Assembly: GCF_022045235.1 (NCBI RefSeq)
Contig: NW_027266264.1
Location: 48,918,001-48,982,000, forward strand
Direction of reading: 5' to 3'
From: Haliotis cracherodii
Taxonomy: Eukaryota
DNA: 64,000 nt
The notes below the pieces were generated by a model. The model saw only the letters and a program-made list of their open reading frames with translations, ran no database searches and had not been told where the DNA came from. A program made the translations under genes and the position numbers. Below, piece after piece: positions 13,389 through 24,942 of the stretch. Position 1 is the first letter of the stretch; each line of letters opens with the position of its first letter.

Positions 13389-13689
13389 GGCCGCACAAAA
13401 AAATAATTCTCTCTCTTAACTTAAAAAATCCCCAATTGGTAGGGAAGGCGATTTTTAAAATTTCTTTTATTAATTTGATCTAAAATTTACAATCACACTA
13501 TATGAAAATAATGATGTAAAGAAGTTTTCCGATTTGAAAACTTGGGGAAAGTCATTGCGAATTGTCAGAATTCAGAATGTGCAATAACTTGGACATAGAC
13601 ACAGGAGCCTCATTTAGCATGCACAGTTTCTATTTCTGTAAATTTAGGGTCGGTAAGTGATGACAAACAGGATTGTTTTTGTGTAGTCT
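13389..13689. mobile_element. Degraded MITE-like element
   Basis: Imperfect inverted ends GGCCGCACAAAAAAA / TTTTTGTGTAGTC. Confidence 0.3.
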
Positions 13690-14468
13690 GATGTCACAGG
13701 GAACAAGACTAACCTAAATGCTACTTTAATGGTCTTTTGGGCCCATATTTAGTATCTTTGAGGTCTTTAAGCACACAATGTAGTACATTATTTGGCTAGA
13801 ACAGTGAAACTTAGAAAAATATTTTTGGAATTTTTTTAGTAAAAAAATGTTGGAAGTTAAATGAGATTTGGGTTTGTCAGGAACATGGTGGCATGGTTCA
13901 GAAGTTTTTAGTACGTTGGAAATATTTTCTTGGTGAACTACAGAAGATCTTAATGATTTTCACATTTTACAAGAAGCTGAACAATGAGTGTTGGTATTTA
14001 GAATAACCATATGTTTATCTCATTAAAAATCCAAATAAGAAACCCAAAACAAAGTTTCCCAAGTGATAACCTTGTAGTGGACTTTTTAAGGCCATTAAGT
14101 TTGTGTCAGAGTTTTGACATAAGGTTTTGTCTAGAATTTTGATAAAACATGACATGTGACATGCATGGGAAATTAAACACCAGCAATGATGTTTAATATC
14201 TGTCACTTGTCAGGGTCCTGCACTCAGCATGAACCAGGCTACTGTTTCAACTGGAACCCACTTCTCACCTAGCTGTACAGCCAGTGGTCTCATTCTCACA
14301 GTGGAAGTCGCAGCTTTCATGACTTTCTCAAGGATGATAAACATGCAGAGGAAGAGTTTGTGATCCTTGCCCCCAAATGACATTTGTTTGAAGAACACAA
14401 ATCTGCGTGAGATTAAATTTCAGTGCATTAGTAGTACAAGCATTGATGATCCTTTTACATACAGAAAT

Positions 14469-14727
14469 GACCCATGAAGATTCCGGGGTAGAATAGGTCT
14501 TCAGCAACCCATGGTTGCCTAAAAGGCAACTATGCTTGTTGTAAAAGGTGACTAACGGGATCGGGTGGTCAGACTTGGTTAATGCATGTCATCGTATCCC
14601 AATTATGCGGATTGATGCTCATAATGTCAATCACCGGATTGTCTGGTCCAGACTCTATTATTTACAGAGTGCCGTCGTATAGCTGGAATATTGCTGAGTG
14701 CGGCGTTAAACAACAAACAAACAAACA
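14469..14727 (+). mobile_element. SINE family B, duplicated-core variant, 12-13-bp TSD
   Basis: ACATACAGAAAT(G) at 14457 and 14728, with a (CAAA)n tail. Confidence 0.92.
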
Positions 14728-14990
14728 ACATACAGAAATGTTTGATACAGAATTGTTAAAAGATTTCCGCCGAATATCGTGTAGTGATGGTAGTCCGTCT
14801 CGCTGTCCCTGAACGATATTATTTTCCCTTCTGAGCCCTGACTTATTTATTTCTGTCAAAATTAAATTTTTTCAGAGACTAAGCATTAGTCTAAAGTGAT
14901 GGTAGCAGACTGGAAAACAACAACACATTAACTCTAGCACGACTTTTGTAAAAATTTGAATAGATACAAATTCCATTTGAGTATAGACTT

Positions 14991-15075
14991 GGACCCAGTT
15001 TCACAAAGGGATATCATTGTGGCTATTGTAACTCCTATACAATCAGTGCTACGATCACTTTGTGAAACAGGCACC
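14991..15075. mobile_element. Short hairpin MITE
   Basis: Inverted ends GTTTCACAAAG / CTTTGTGAAAC. Related to 17566-17685. Confidence 0.6.
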
Positions 15076-15077
15076 TA

Positions 15078-16038
15078 CCGTATTTTCTTGAGTATAGTGC
15101 GCACCTATGTATAATGCACACCCCCCTCTAGCGGGTTCAATATTTTGGAAAAAAAAGAAATTTGAATATTATGCGCTGAAAAGAAATTACACCGTATCCC
15201 CATCAGCGAAGTCCGGCAAACGAATGGGTGATGAGAAACTTCGTCAGTACAAATTCGAAATTTGAGATTAAAAATCACCAGACATGTTTATTTACCGTTT
15301 CAATTGTAATTTTTGTTCAGCTAGGCATTGTTTTATATCCAGGGATTAAGATTACCATGTTTTCTTGGATTCGGTCAAGACACACCCAATGATACAACTT
15401 TACAGGATTTTAATGCAAGGATTGGCAAAAGTTGTATCTGAAACTATTTTTTTATCAGGAATAATATATTCCGGTTTCTTGTTAATTTAGATGCAGCTTT
15501 TACTAAACATATTTAAAATAATAATAACCCTAAGCGAAGCAGCTGATCGCTATTGCCGGGTATTATTTTTAACATGGAACCAGTCTGACCAGTCACCATC
15601 AAGGCTCCCGTGCACATGATCGCATGATATCGTGATCGCAAGAATTCCGTGTTGACATAGAATCGTCCAACAAAAACAAATATGACTTTTAACGAATCAA
15701 AGTATGGCATTTATGATATATGTATCCATTCTCTGTCAACTAAAGTTTGTTTCAAGGCGTCAATAGCGGTAATGTGACCGTGGTTGCTGTTAATAACAGT
15801 GAGTTGTGCGATCTTCCGATCGCTTCACACACGATTTCGCCGAAATCAATTAAAACAATATTAAAAGGAGTTTTGAATAAAATTAATGAAATATGTTACA
15901 AACATGTTACGTGCTCACAGTAATGTCTTTCCATGGGGGAAAAAACATCAAAACTCATTAATTCGTGTGTAATGCGCACCCCCTTCTACACAGCTGGGTT
16001 TTTTTGGAAAAAAAGTACGCACTATAGTCAAGAAAATA
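15078..16038 (+). mobile_element. Non-autonomous Tc2/pogo-type DNA transposon (about 960 bp)
   Basis: TA + CCGTATTTTCTTGAGTATAGTGCGCAC left TIR. The right TIR GTACGCACTATAGTCAAGAAAATA lacks the final CGG. No transposase ORF. Confidence 0.88.
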
Positions 16039-16216
16039 ACTCAAGGCCTAACTCCCAACACTAGAGACAATGCTGAGTTATGATTTTGTGGCAAAACCAA
16101 ATTCTCTTTAGAACGGGACTAAATCTTATTGACATATTTTTCATTACCACAGTTGGGTAGTAGCTCTGAATGACCAAAAAACATTGTTCATGCAACAAAT
16201 ACCAACTGCTCTTTTG

Positions 16217-16475
16217 GACCCATGAAGATCCAGGGTAGAATAGGTCTTCAACCCATACTTGCCGTAAAAGGTGACTATGCTTGTCATAAGAGGCCACTAA
16301 CAGGATCGGGTGGTCAGGCTCGCTTACTTGGTTGATGCATGTCATCGTATCCCAATTGTGGGGATCACTGGATTGTTTGGTCCAGACTCGATTATTTAGA
16401 GTTTGCCGTCATGTAGCTGGAATATTGCTGAGTGCAGCATTAAACAATTGTTAACCAACAAACAAACAAAACGAA
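16217..16475 (+). mobile_element. SINE family B, duplicated-core variant
   Basis: Same sequence family, flanked by AACTGCTCT (16204-16212 and 16476-16484). Confidence 0.9.
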
Positions 16476-17271
16476 AACTGCTCTGATGTTGTTGACTTTT
16501 TATTTCAATATTTCTGAAATAATTGAGATGTAAACAATGTATCAAAAATAAAGACATTGCCCGTACATCAAAGGATACCTTTAACACTGGACTGAGTGAG
16601 TGCTAATTAATCATCCCTTTCGGATTGGCGGACAATGTGACCAAAACACAAATGTTCCAACAATACATTGTCATTATACAAGTCAAATTTTAGAATTATG
16701 ACCCAAACCAGGCCATGGTTTTATTATTTTTTATCAACTGATCAAAGCCAAATTTTAGGATTATTAAAAATAGACATCATTATCATCAAGACAAATGTCA
16801 ACTTGATAATCATGGTCATTGTCTATAGTTGAAACAATTTCAGCCAGTAGAATGGGGCCAGCTATAAACTGGGAATAGGGGCAGATGCAGGAAATACTTG
16901 CTCGGTATCTCAGTGATGGGGATGAAATGAAAGAGCTCTCCTCTTCTACTTGCTGGGGAAGTGAACATCCACATTCTCCTGTCCCCATGCCCTACCTTGT
17001 CCCAGTAAGTACCCTTGCCGTGTGAATCGTGTTCTTGCTGTGGGAAAGTGTTTCGTAGCTCCATGTGGCAGTCCACAGGTCCGTCGTCCACCCACACCCA
17101 TTACTACTATAACAATATTACCACTGATCTCTCCTGAGTGTCTCATGATTGTAGACTAGAACTTCGGGGCTACAGTGAACAAGTAAAACTACATTCACAA
17201 TGCTAATTATTAAAGGTGGTGTTTATTGTTTTTTGTGATTCTTTCTCACAGACCCCTATCAAGTATATAGA

Positions 17272-17390
17272 ATACTAAACAAGCTCCCATGTAATACCAA
17301 TTTTATGAAACGAGTGAATAGTTCTGTTATTTGACCAGAACTATTCACGAGTTTCTTAAAATTGGTATTACACGGGAACTTGTTTAGTAT
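17272..17390. repeat. Long inverted repeat (55-bp arms, 9-nt loop), probably a palindromic non-autonomous element
   Basis: 17272-17326 versus the reverse complement of 17336-17390: 5 mismatches by manual alignment. Confidence 0.85.
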
Positions 17391-17565
17391 TTCATATATG
17401 ACTTGCCATTTATAACTTTTTTTTAGAATTTGACTGTTAGGTATGAATAGGCAGACACCTACACGATCCACAAAGTAGTCCAATTTAACAAAATAATACT
17501 TCAAAACATGTAAAATGTTGACACATATTAATATGATACCTTACAACCACCCACCTTTTAGAATT

Positions 17566-17685
17566 CAGTCATCCGTTCCACAAAGTTATCGTAGCGCTAA
17601 GGTTATCCTAACTCACATACTTAAACAGAAACTTGCAACTACGTCGTTGCGCTAGAGTACGATCGCCTTGTGGAACGAGGCCCTG
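17566..17685. mobile_element. Short hairpin MITE
   Basis: Inverted ends CGTTCCACAA / TTGTGGAACG and inner TAGCGC / GCGCTA. Confidence 0.65.
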
Positions 17686-18213
17686 CACGACAAAGTTAAC
17701 AATCATGTCACAAAATACCCGATGACATAATTAGCGGAATTTTGTTGCAAGATCCATCAGCAATACAATGCCATATGATGCTAGCCTAGCAACAAGGTTG
17801 CTGGGGTCATTGAGTGTGCATAAGCTCCTCTCAGTGATCTATCATCTCCACAAGCATTGTCCTTGAATAAGCCAAGAAATGCTGAGAGCAGTACATAAGC
17901 ACACGCTTTGGTATTACACAATGTGTAATAGAGCTGTATGTTTATGAAACAGGTGATCTCTTTATGGGCAAGTAATAAATGCTGATATTGGGTCCGAAAA
18001 CATTCATTCACCTACTAACTCAGTTTTGTTACTGAACTCAGCATGTAATTACCTGACCCATTTAGTTGAAGAAATCATTGATATCTGATGTAATGAAAAT
18101 TGTATTAATGAGTCAGTTTCAGTTTGGATTTGAAATGGAATCTTTGATATCAACTGTTAATGCAAGGGATTCCTGGTGAAGTAAAATAGTCTGATGATAT
18201 GATGGTGTTCATA

Positions 18214-18563
18214 TTTCAATATGAAAGAACATCCCCTCACCCTCTTATAGACTAATCCTGTTCATACTGAAATATGAACATGCTAGTCTGTATAATGGAG
18301 TTCATATTTCATTATGAACATGCTAGTCTGTATAATGGAGTTCATATTTCATTATGAACATGCTAGTCTGTATAATGGAGTTCACATTTCATTATGAACA
18401 TGTTAGTCTGTATAATTGAGTTCATATTTCATTATGAACATGCTAGTCTGTATAATGGAGTTCATATTTCATTATGAACATGCTAGTCTGTATAATTGAG
18501 TTCATATTTCAATATGAACAGGATTAATCTATATAAGGGTGAAGGGATGTTCTTTCATTGAAA
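18214..18563. mobile_element. Fold-back element: about 65-bp TIRs enclosing a 40-bp tandem repeat x6
   Basis: ATGAAAGAACATCCCCTCACCCT...AATCCTGTTCATA is inverted at 18500-18563. Unit ATGAACATGCTAGTCTGTATAATGGAGTTCATATTTCATT at 18274-18520. Confidence 0.85.
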
Positions 18564-19663
18564 CTGGGTTGGTTCACTTTGTAGTGTACTCATAGAAGGA
18601 AGAGGCAAGGATTGATGCCCCGAAAACTAGCTCAGCAGGGTAGCTGGGTCATGCCCTGTTTCCTGTGTTAAATGGAATAATATGATAACACCAGCACTGA
18701 CTTGGTGTGTTGAAGTTTGCTGTGTCTTCACACATGCTGCAGACATCAGTAACCTTTCTGTATATAGGAGGTGAAAACTAAGCTGAAGTTATTCCAGGAA
18801 CATGAAGGATTATTTGTCTTGTTGATAACTGTGTGTCAGATATCCCCTCGCAGGCTCTTGACATTGCCCCATGAGGAAGGGGAGCACAGCTTCCCAGCAG
18901 GGCCATGTAATCCTCTGCTTTCAGGTCAGGGGAAATATTCCAGTGGAAATTTTGTTTTATCAGAGCTTTCTATGAACGCATGACTTCAGAACAATGGCTG
19001 TCCTTTATATCTAGACAGGATGTGTTTCCACATTATTTGGTATAAGTTTGTTAGATGTTTAATTGTTGTGGAGTTAAGGTGCACGGCTGCTTTTAGATTC
19101 AACAAGACAGCAACATTTGACTTGATGCTGACTTCAATCTGACTGTTTTCTCACACAGGCCTGTGTCGCCTCTCGTATGGTGTTTCGGACGCTTTTGAAA
19201 AGTCTCAGAGTGCCATGATAAGTCCCACTTTTTGGTTAGTCAGGTCCCTGGTTCTGTCTACGTTGACAGCCAGAAGTGTGAAAGCATCTGGTTGACAGAG
19301 ATCTTTGCAAAACGATGTGAAGAATTTTGTGAACTTTAGCGGGATTGACAACACACTGGGCAATAAACTCCGTGGCTGCCCTGTCCAGGAAACCGATATT
19401 GTTCGCCATAATATTTGCTTTCCAGTTTGTTGTCAGGGGTGCATTTAGACTAACAGGCACACAATTTTTGATGGAGTAATTTCAGCGAAATAAGGTCATA
19501 AACATATGAGCTATGATATTGTTTTGTGGAATTCTGGGAGATCGATCCCAGTGTGTGACATTGTTGACTGCATTGGTGCAGAGCTAATGTACAACAAAAT
19601 ACAACAGTAAATTAATTGGTATAAGCAAAGACTTTAAACAACATGTGCATTACTTGTTGATGT

Positions 19664-19871
19664 AACCAGTGAAGATCCGGGGTAGAATAGGTCTTCTGCA
19701 ACCCATACTTTCCGTAAAAGGCAACTATGCTTGTCATAAGAGGCGACTAACGGGATTGAGTGGTCAGGCTCGCTGACTTGGTTGATGATGCATGTCATCG
19801 ATTCCCAACTGCTTTGATCGATGCTCATGATGTCAGTCCCTGGAGTGCAGCATTAGACAACAAAAAAACAA
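19664..19871 (+). mobile_element. SINE family B, internally deleted, 12-bp TSD
   Basis: ACTTGTTGATGT at 19652-19663 and 19872-19883. Confidence 0.9.
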
Positions 19872-21472
19872 ACTTGTTGATGTCCTGCTTTTCATGTTCT
19901 ATTCTGTTATGTAGTCAGGACATAAACACATACTGGTGTGTACCATGATAAATCTAATATCATTTCCTCTCTAACTGAACTCTTCAAGGCAGAAACCAAA
20001 GCCATCTGATTTCAAGGCTGTCCTAGTGTCACATCATTTTGTTTTGGGGAGCATTGTCTCCCTTGAAATAGTTGTGTTAGTTGGGTTAGTGGTAAACTGC
20101 ATGAAAAACAATTTTCATCCAAACAAGTAGTGGTAAATCAATCATAAAATAATATATACAACAAAATTGAAATACTCAGCCTTGATATGCACAGATATTT
20201 TGACACTGCAGTCTTCTTTCATTAATGTATGCAGGTGTGATAAACAGGGATCAGGTTTTTTGTTTCAAGATCTTTGTGAATCATTGTTTGTCGTGTGTTC
20301 TCTTGCTATATTTGACCATCACAGCTTTCCACTTCCAAACCACTGCAAGTGTGTCAACACAGGTGTATTGTGGCTGTGAGTTGTGTGCCTGGTGAGCTAC
20401 AAGCATGAACAAGGATGACTTCCCAAGGGCGGATCCAGCATTTTTGGTGTGGATGGGTGTATCTTCAGCATGAAATTTGCCGATTATTTTATTTGACCTG
20501 AGTACATTTTGAGTACATTGTCTAGTAGATGGAATCAAGTTGATGTGGAGTTATCATACAACCATTGTGCTTGTACAGATGTTTGCCTGTAAGGCAGTGG
20601 TCATCTCAATATGCAGCCGTGATAATTTCTTGCCAGAGCATGACTGCAGTTACAGTCAGTGTTGCTACGCCTGCACAGATCATGGGGTCATGCCTTCTCC
20701 AGGTGACTCTTGGTGAGAGTATTATGGCACCTTGATGTATGAATGAAGAAAGTCAGTAAGCCATGCTATGACTTGCTACGCAAGTGAGGAGACTAATTGC
20801 TTGAGCAGATCCTGTCTGGTGTGCCTGTCATTAAAGCTGGGATTCCATTTTCTGTTTTCTTAAATGCTAGTTAAGGATCAGAAATACTGTAAAACAATAT
20901 GTCTGGTTGGAAGAAAATCACAAACAGAAAAATTATTTTTGAAATGTATCATGCAAACTTGTTACAGAAGACTTTTGATGTGGGGCTTTTTGAAGACAAT
21001 CTGGCTTGATTTATTTGCTAATGTGTGTGACGGCATATTTCCAGACTGCACACATGGACTCGGGTTACAAGGGGAATACACACTGATGTAATCAGCAACA
21101 GCCCCATGTGAAGCACTTGCACACAAAACTTCTGACATTTGGTAAACGCTTTATTCAATCACCAAACTGTTCATTTTTCTACTGGATTTGTCACGCTGCA
21201 GATCAGGTTACTGAAATGAAAGGGTTGGGAGGACAAGGGCAGCCATTTTCTCGCCCACCCTGAACTTAATGACAATTGTCTAGCCAACAGCAGCTGAAGC
21301 CAGTGGGTCACACTGTCTACAAGGTCTGGGCCAGGCTTATATCTATGTATTCAAAGTAGCTTCACGCACCTTTACCCAAATATTGACAACAGCCAAAACT
21401 GCTTTGAAAGAGCTTGTTGGCGACTCAACAAAAGTATTGTTGTAGATGTTGGGAATGGTCCGCATCATGACC

Positions 21473-22452
21473 ACACCTTGTCTCACTTGATACATACTTA
21501 GTGATAGTTGGTCAACACTGTTACACCTTCTCTCACTTGATACATACAGAGTGATAGTTGGTCAACACTGTTACACCTTCTCTCACTTAATACATACAGA
21601 GTGATAGTGGGTCAACACTGTTTCACCTTGTCTCACTTGATACATACAGGGTGATATTGGGTCAACACTGTTACACCTTGTCTCACTTGATACATACTTA
21701 GTGATAGTGGGTCAACACTGTTACACCTTGTCTCACTTGATACATACAGAGTTATGGTTGGTCAACACTGTTACACCTTCTCTCACTTGATACATACAGA
21801 GTGATAGTGGGTCAACACTGTTTCACCTTGTCTCACTTGATACATACAGGGTGATATTGGGTCAACACTGTTACACCTTGTCTCACTTGATACATACTTA
21901 GTGATAGTGGGTCAACACTGTTACACCTTGTCTCACTTGATACATACAGGGAGATAGTGGGTCAACACTATTACACCTTGTCTCACTTGATACATACTTA
22001 GTGATAGTGGGTCAACACTGTTACACCTTGTCTCACTTGATACATACAGAGTTATGGTTGGTCAACACTGTTTCACCTTGTCTCACTTGATATATACAGG
22101 GTGATAGTGGGTCAACACTGTTACACCTTGTCTCACTTGATACATACAGAGTGATAGTGGGTCAACACTGTTACACCTTGTCTGACTTGATACATACAGG
22201 GTGAAAGTGGGTCAACACTGTTACACCTTGTCTCACTTGATACATACAGGGTGATAGTGGGTCAACACTGTTACACCTTGTCTCACTTGATACATACTTA
22301 GTGATAGTGGGTCAACACTGTTACACCTTGTCTCACTTGATACATACTTAGTGATAGTGGGTCAACACTGTTACACCTTGTCTCACTTGATACATACAGA
22401 GTGATAGTGGGTCAACACGGTTACACTTTGTCTCACTTGATACATACAGAGT
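21473..22452 (+). repeat. 50-bp minisatellite, about 19.5 copies
   Basis: ACACCTTGTCTCACTTGATACATACAGAGTGATAGTGGGTCAACACTGTT. Confidence 0.97.
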
Positions 22453-22556
22453 AATAGGTCAACTGTGTTCGGACTGCACACAATACTTTTCCTTTGTAAC
22501 TCAACAGTTATATTATGTTATTGTAGCACCTGGGTGATCTGTTCATTGTCTGAGGC

Positions 22557-22800
22557 GTCTTCAGCAACCCATGCTTGCCGTAAAAGGCGACTATGCTTGT
22601 TGTAAGAGGTGACTAACAGGATCGGGTGGTCAGTCTCGCTGACTTGGTTGACGCATGTCATCGATCCCAATTGCGTGAATCGATGCTCATGATGTCAATC
22701 ACTGGATTGTCTGGTCCAGACTTGATTATTTACAGACTGCCGTCATGTAGCTGGAATATTGCTGAGTGCGGCGTTAAACAACAAACAAACCAAACCACCT
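22557..22800 (+). mobile_element. SINE family B, 5'-truncated, at the edge of a minisatellite
   Basis: Family B sequence flanked by the 29-bp direct repeat ACCTGGGTGATCTGTTCATTGTCTGAGGC. Confidence 0.92.
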
Positions 22801-23506
22801 ACCTGGGTGATCTGTTCATTGTCTGAGGCCTAACATGTACCACCTGGGTGATCTGTTCATTGTCTGAGGCAGTACGTGTACCACCTGGGTGATCTGTTCA
22901 TTGTCTGAGGCAGTACGTGTACCACCTGGGTGATCTGTTCATTGAGGCTGTACGTGTACCACCTGGGTGATCTGTTCATTGTCTGAGGCCTTACATGTAC
23001 CACCTTGTTGATCTGTTCATTGTCTGAGGCCGTACATGTACCACCTTGTTGATCTGTTCATTGTCTGAGGCCGTACATGCACCACCTGGGTGATCTGTTC
23101 ATTGAGGCCGTACATGTACCACCTGGGTGATCTGTTCATTGAGGCCGTACATGTACCACCTGGGTGATCTGTTCATTGTCTGAGGCCGTACATGTACCAC
23201 CTGGGTGATCTGTTCATTGTCTGAGGCCTAACATGTACCACCTGGGTGATCTGTTCATTGTCTGAGGCTGTACGTGTACCACCTGGGTGATCTGTTCATT
23301 GTCTGAGGCCTAACATGTACCACCTGGGTGATCTGTTCATTGAGGCTGTACGTGTACCACCTGGGTGATCTGTTCATTGTCTGAGGCCTAACATGTACCA
23401 CCTGGGTGATCTGTTCATTGTCTGAGGCCGTACATGTACCACCTGGGTGATCTGTTCATTGAGGCTGTACGTGTACCACATGGGTAATCTGTTCATTGTC
23501 TGAGGA
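22801..23506 (+). repeat. 41-bp (37-bp variant) minisatellite, about 17 copies
   Basis: CACCTGGGTGATCTGTTCATTGTCTGAGGCCGTACATGTAC. Confidence 0.97.
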
Positions 23507-24942
23507 TTCAGTAATTATTTGCTTGTGGCCAGGTTAACGGTGTTTGCAGATTTAACTGATTATATTCCCTAGAACATATTTATTTTTGATGATAAACAGA
23601 ATTCCAGTATCAATGGCAACCACTACATGTGTATATTTGTGTCAGGAGATAACTGTGATAGAAGTCATATTTCATTTTCAAGAACTGTGGAAAGTTTCTG
23701 AGCACTTTTAGAGAATGGTCCGAAGATCCTATTTAGATATCTAATGAGACAACCCAAGTTTAGGAGAGCAAAAATTTGTTCGCTCTGTTGACGTCATTGG
23801 ATTTACAGCTTTGTTAAGAGGAAACATTAATGAATGCTCATGTCTTTATGCTGATGAATAAGTAATATCTCCACTTAGCTTGAATCTACAGACACTAAGG
23901 GTTGCTCCACTTTTTGCACCCCCAACTGAGTGATCACTACCTTGACCGAGTATGTAGGCAGTGCCAATGTCTTTATCTGGGGCAGGCAGCAAGGGAAGAT
24001 TAAGCCATCACAGCCTCCCCAGCCAGATAGTGATGCCGGTGTTGTGAGAGCAGCTCCTGAATGAACTGTTTGTTTCATGAGTCATTTCACAAGCAGAGAC
24101 CTTCGTGTGCCGTTACATATGTGTGGTGGTTGTTCCTGGTAACCACAGCGATGACACTAGGGCAGCCTTGTAATCGGATGGATTTGGTCTCTGCACATGA
24201 AGAGTCCACTTTGAGAGGATACTATAGATTTATCATGGCTGATACCGGTGTTATGTTTTTATCCAGACAACATAATCACTTTGGAAAGGTTGGCTTCATC
24301 TTTTGAAATAACACAAGAATAAAGAACTTGATGACATCTGATGCCACTTTTCCATAGTTATTTCATGTAACGTTACGTTAAACCATCACACTATTAGGCT
24401 GTTGCTGCAGTGCAACCACTGGTTTGGTGTACTCTTGTCATGTTTCAGAAGGGATGTTACTGAGAACCAAACAAGCCTGGAAAGTGTGTCCTTGCTATCG
24501 GTTTTGAAAAAATCTGTGGAAGTAAATTTGGTCATAAAATTTAATTATCCCATGCATATGATTTCCTTTTAGTGTTGCACCTATGAACACAATACTTAGG
24601 CACCCCCAGTTTCAAATCTTGTTTTGGGGCAAATGATTTCATAACATCTCCAAGACACCAAGAAGAGAGTTGTTATTGTCAGAGCCTGACTTGTGACCAA
24701 TTGTCTTTTTTCGTTTCCGCTTTCCTCACATTAGTGTGGTGAACGCTGGGTTCCTCAGAACTAAACAAGTTGTGTTTCTTATCATGGCTGCTGCTTCCAT
24801 CAATAGACGGGCCCTCTTCCCCACACAGTAAGCACCAGGACCCTGACAACATGATGGCTACACACAGAGACTCACTGCCCTGGGCCTGTGTGTAGAAAAT
24901 AACAACATTAGGTAGCAGATAGTCACAATGAATGAGGCAAGG

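Noticed and set aside
14469-14580. Assignment of the family B 5' domain to the HDV-like ribozyme class
   Set aside because: A C-UAA followed by a pairing segment is suggestive, but there is too little sequence for P1', P1.1 and P4, so the canonical fold does not fit.
16843-17010. Possible cassette exon (tttcAG ... GTAAGT)
   Set aside because: Stops in all three frames, and the CHSY1 alignment needs no extra exon. A poison exon cannot be excluded without RNA data.
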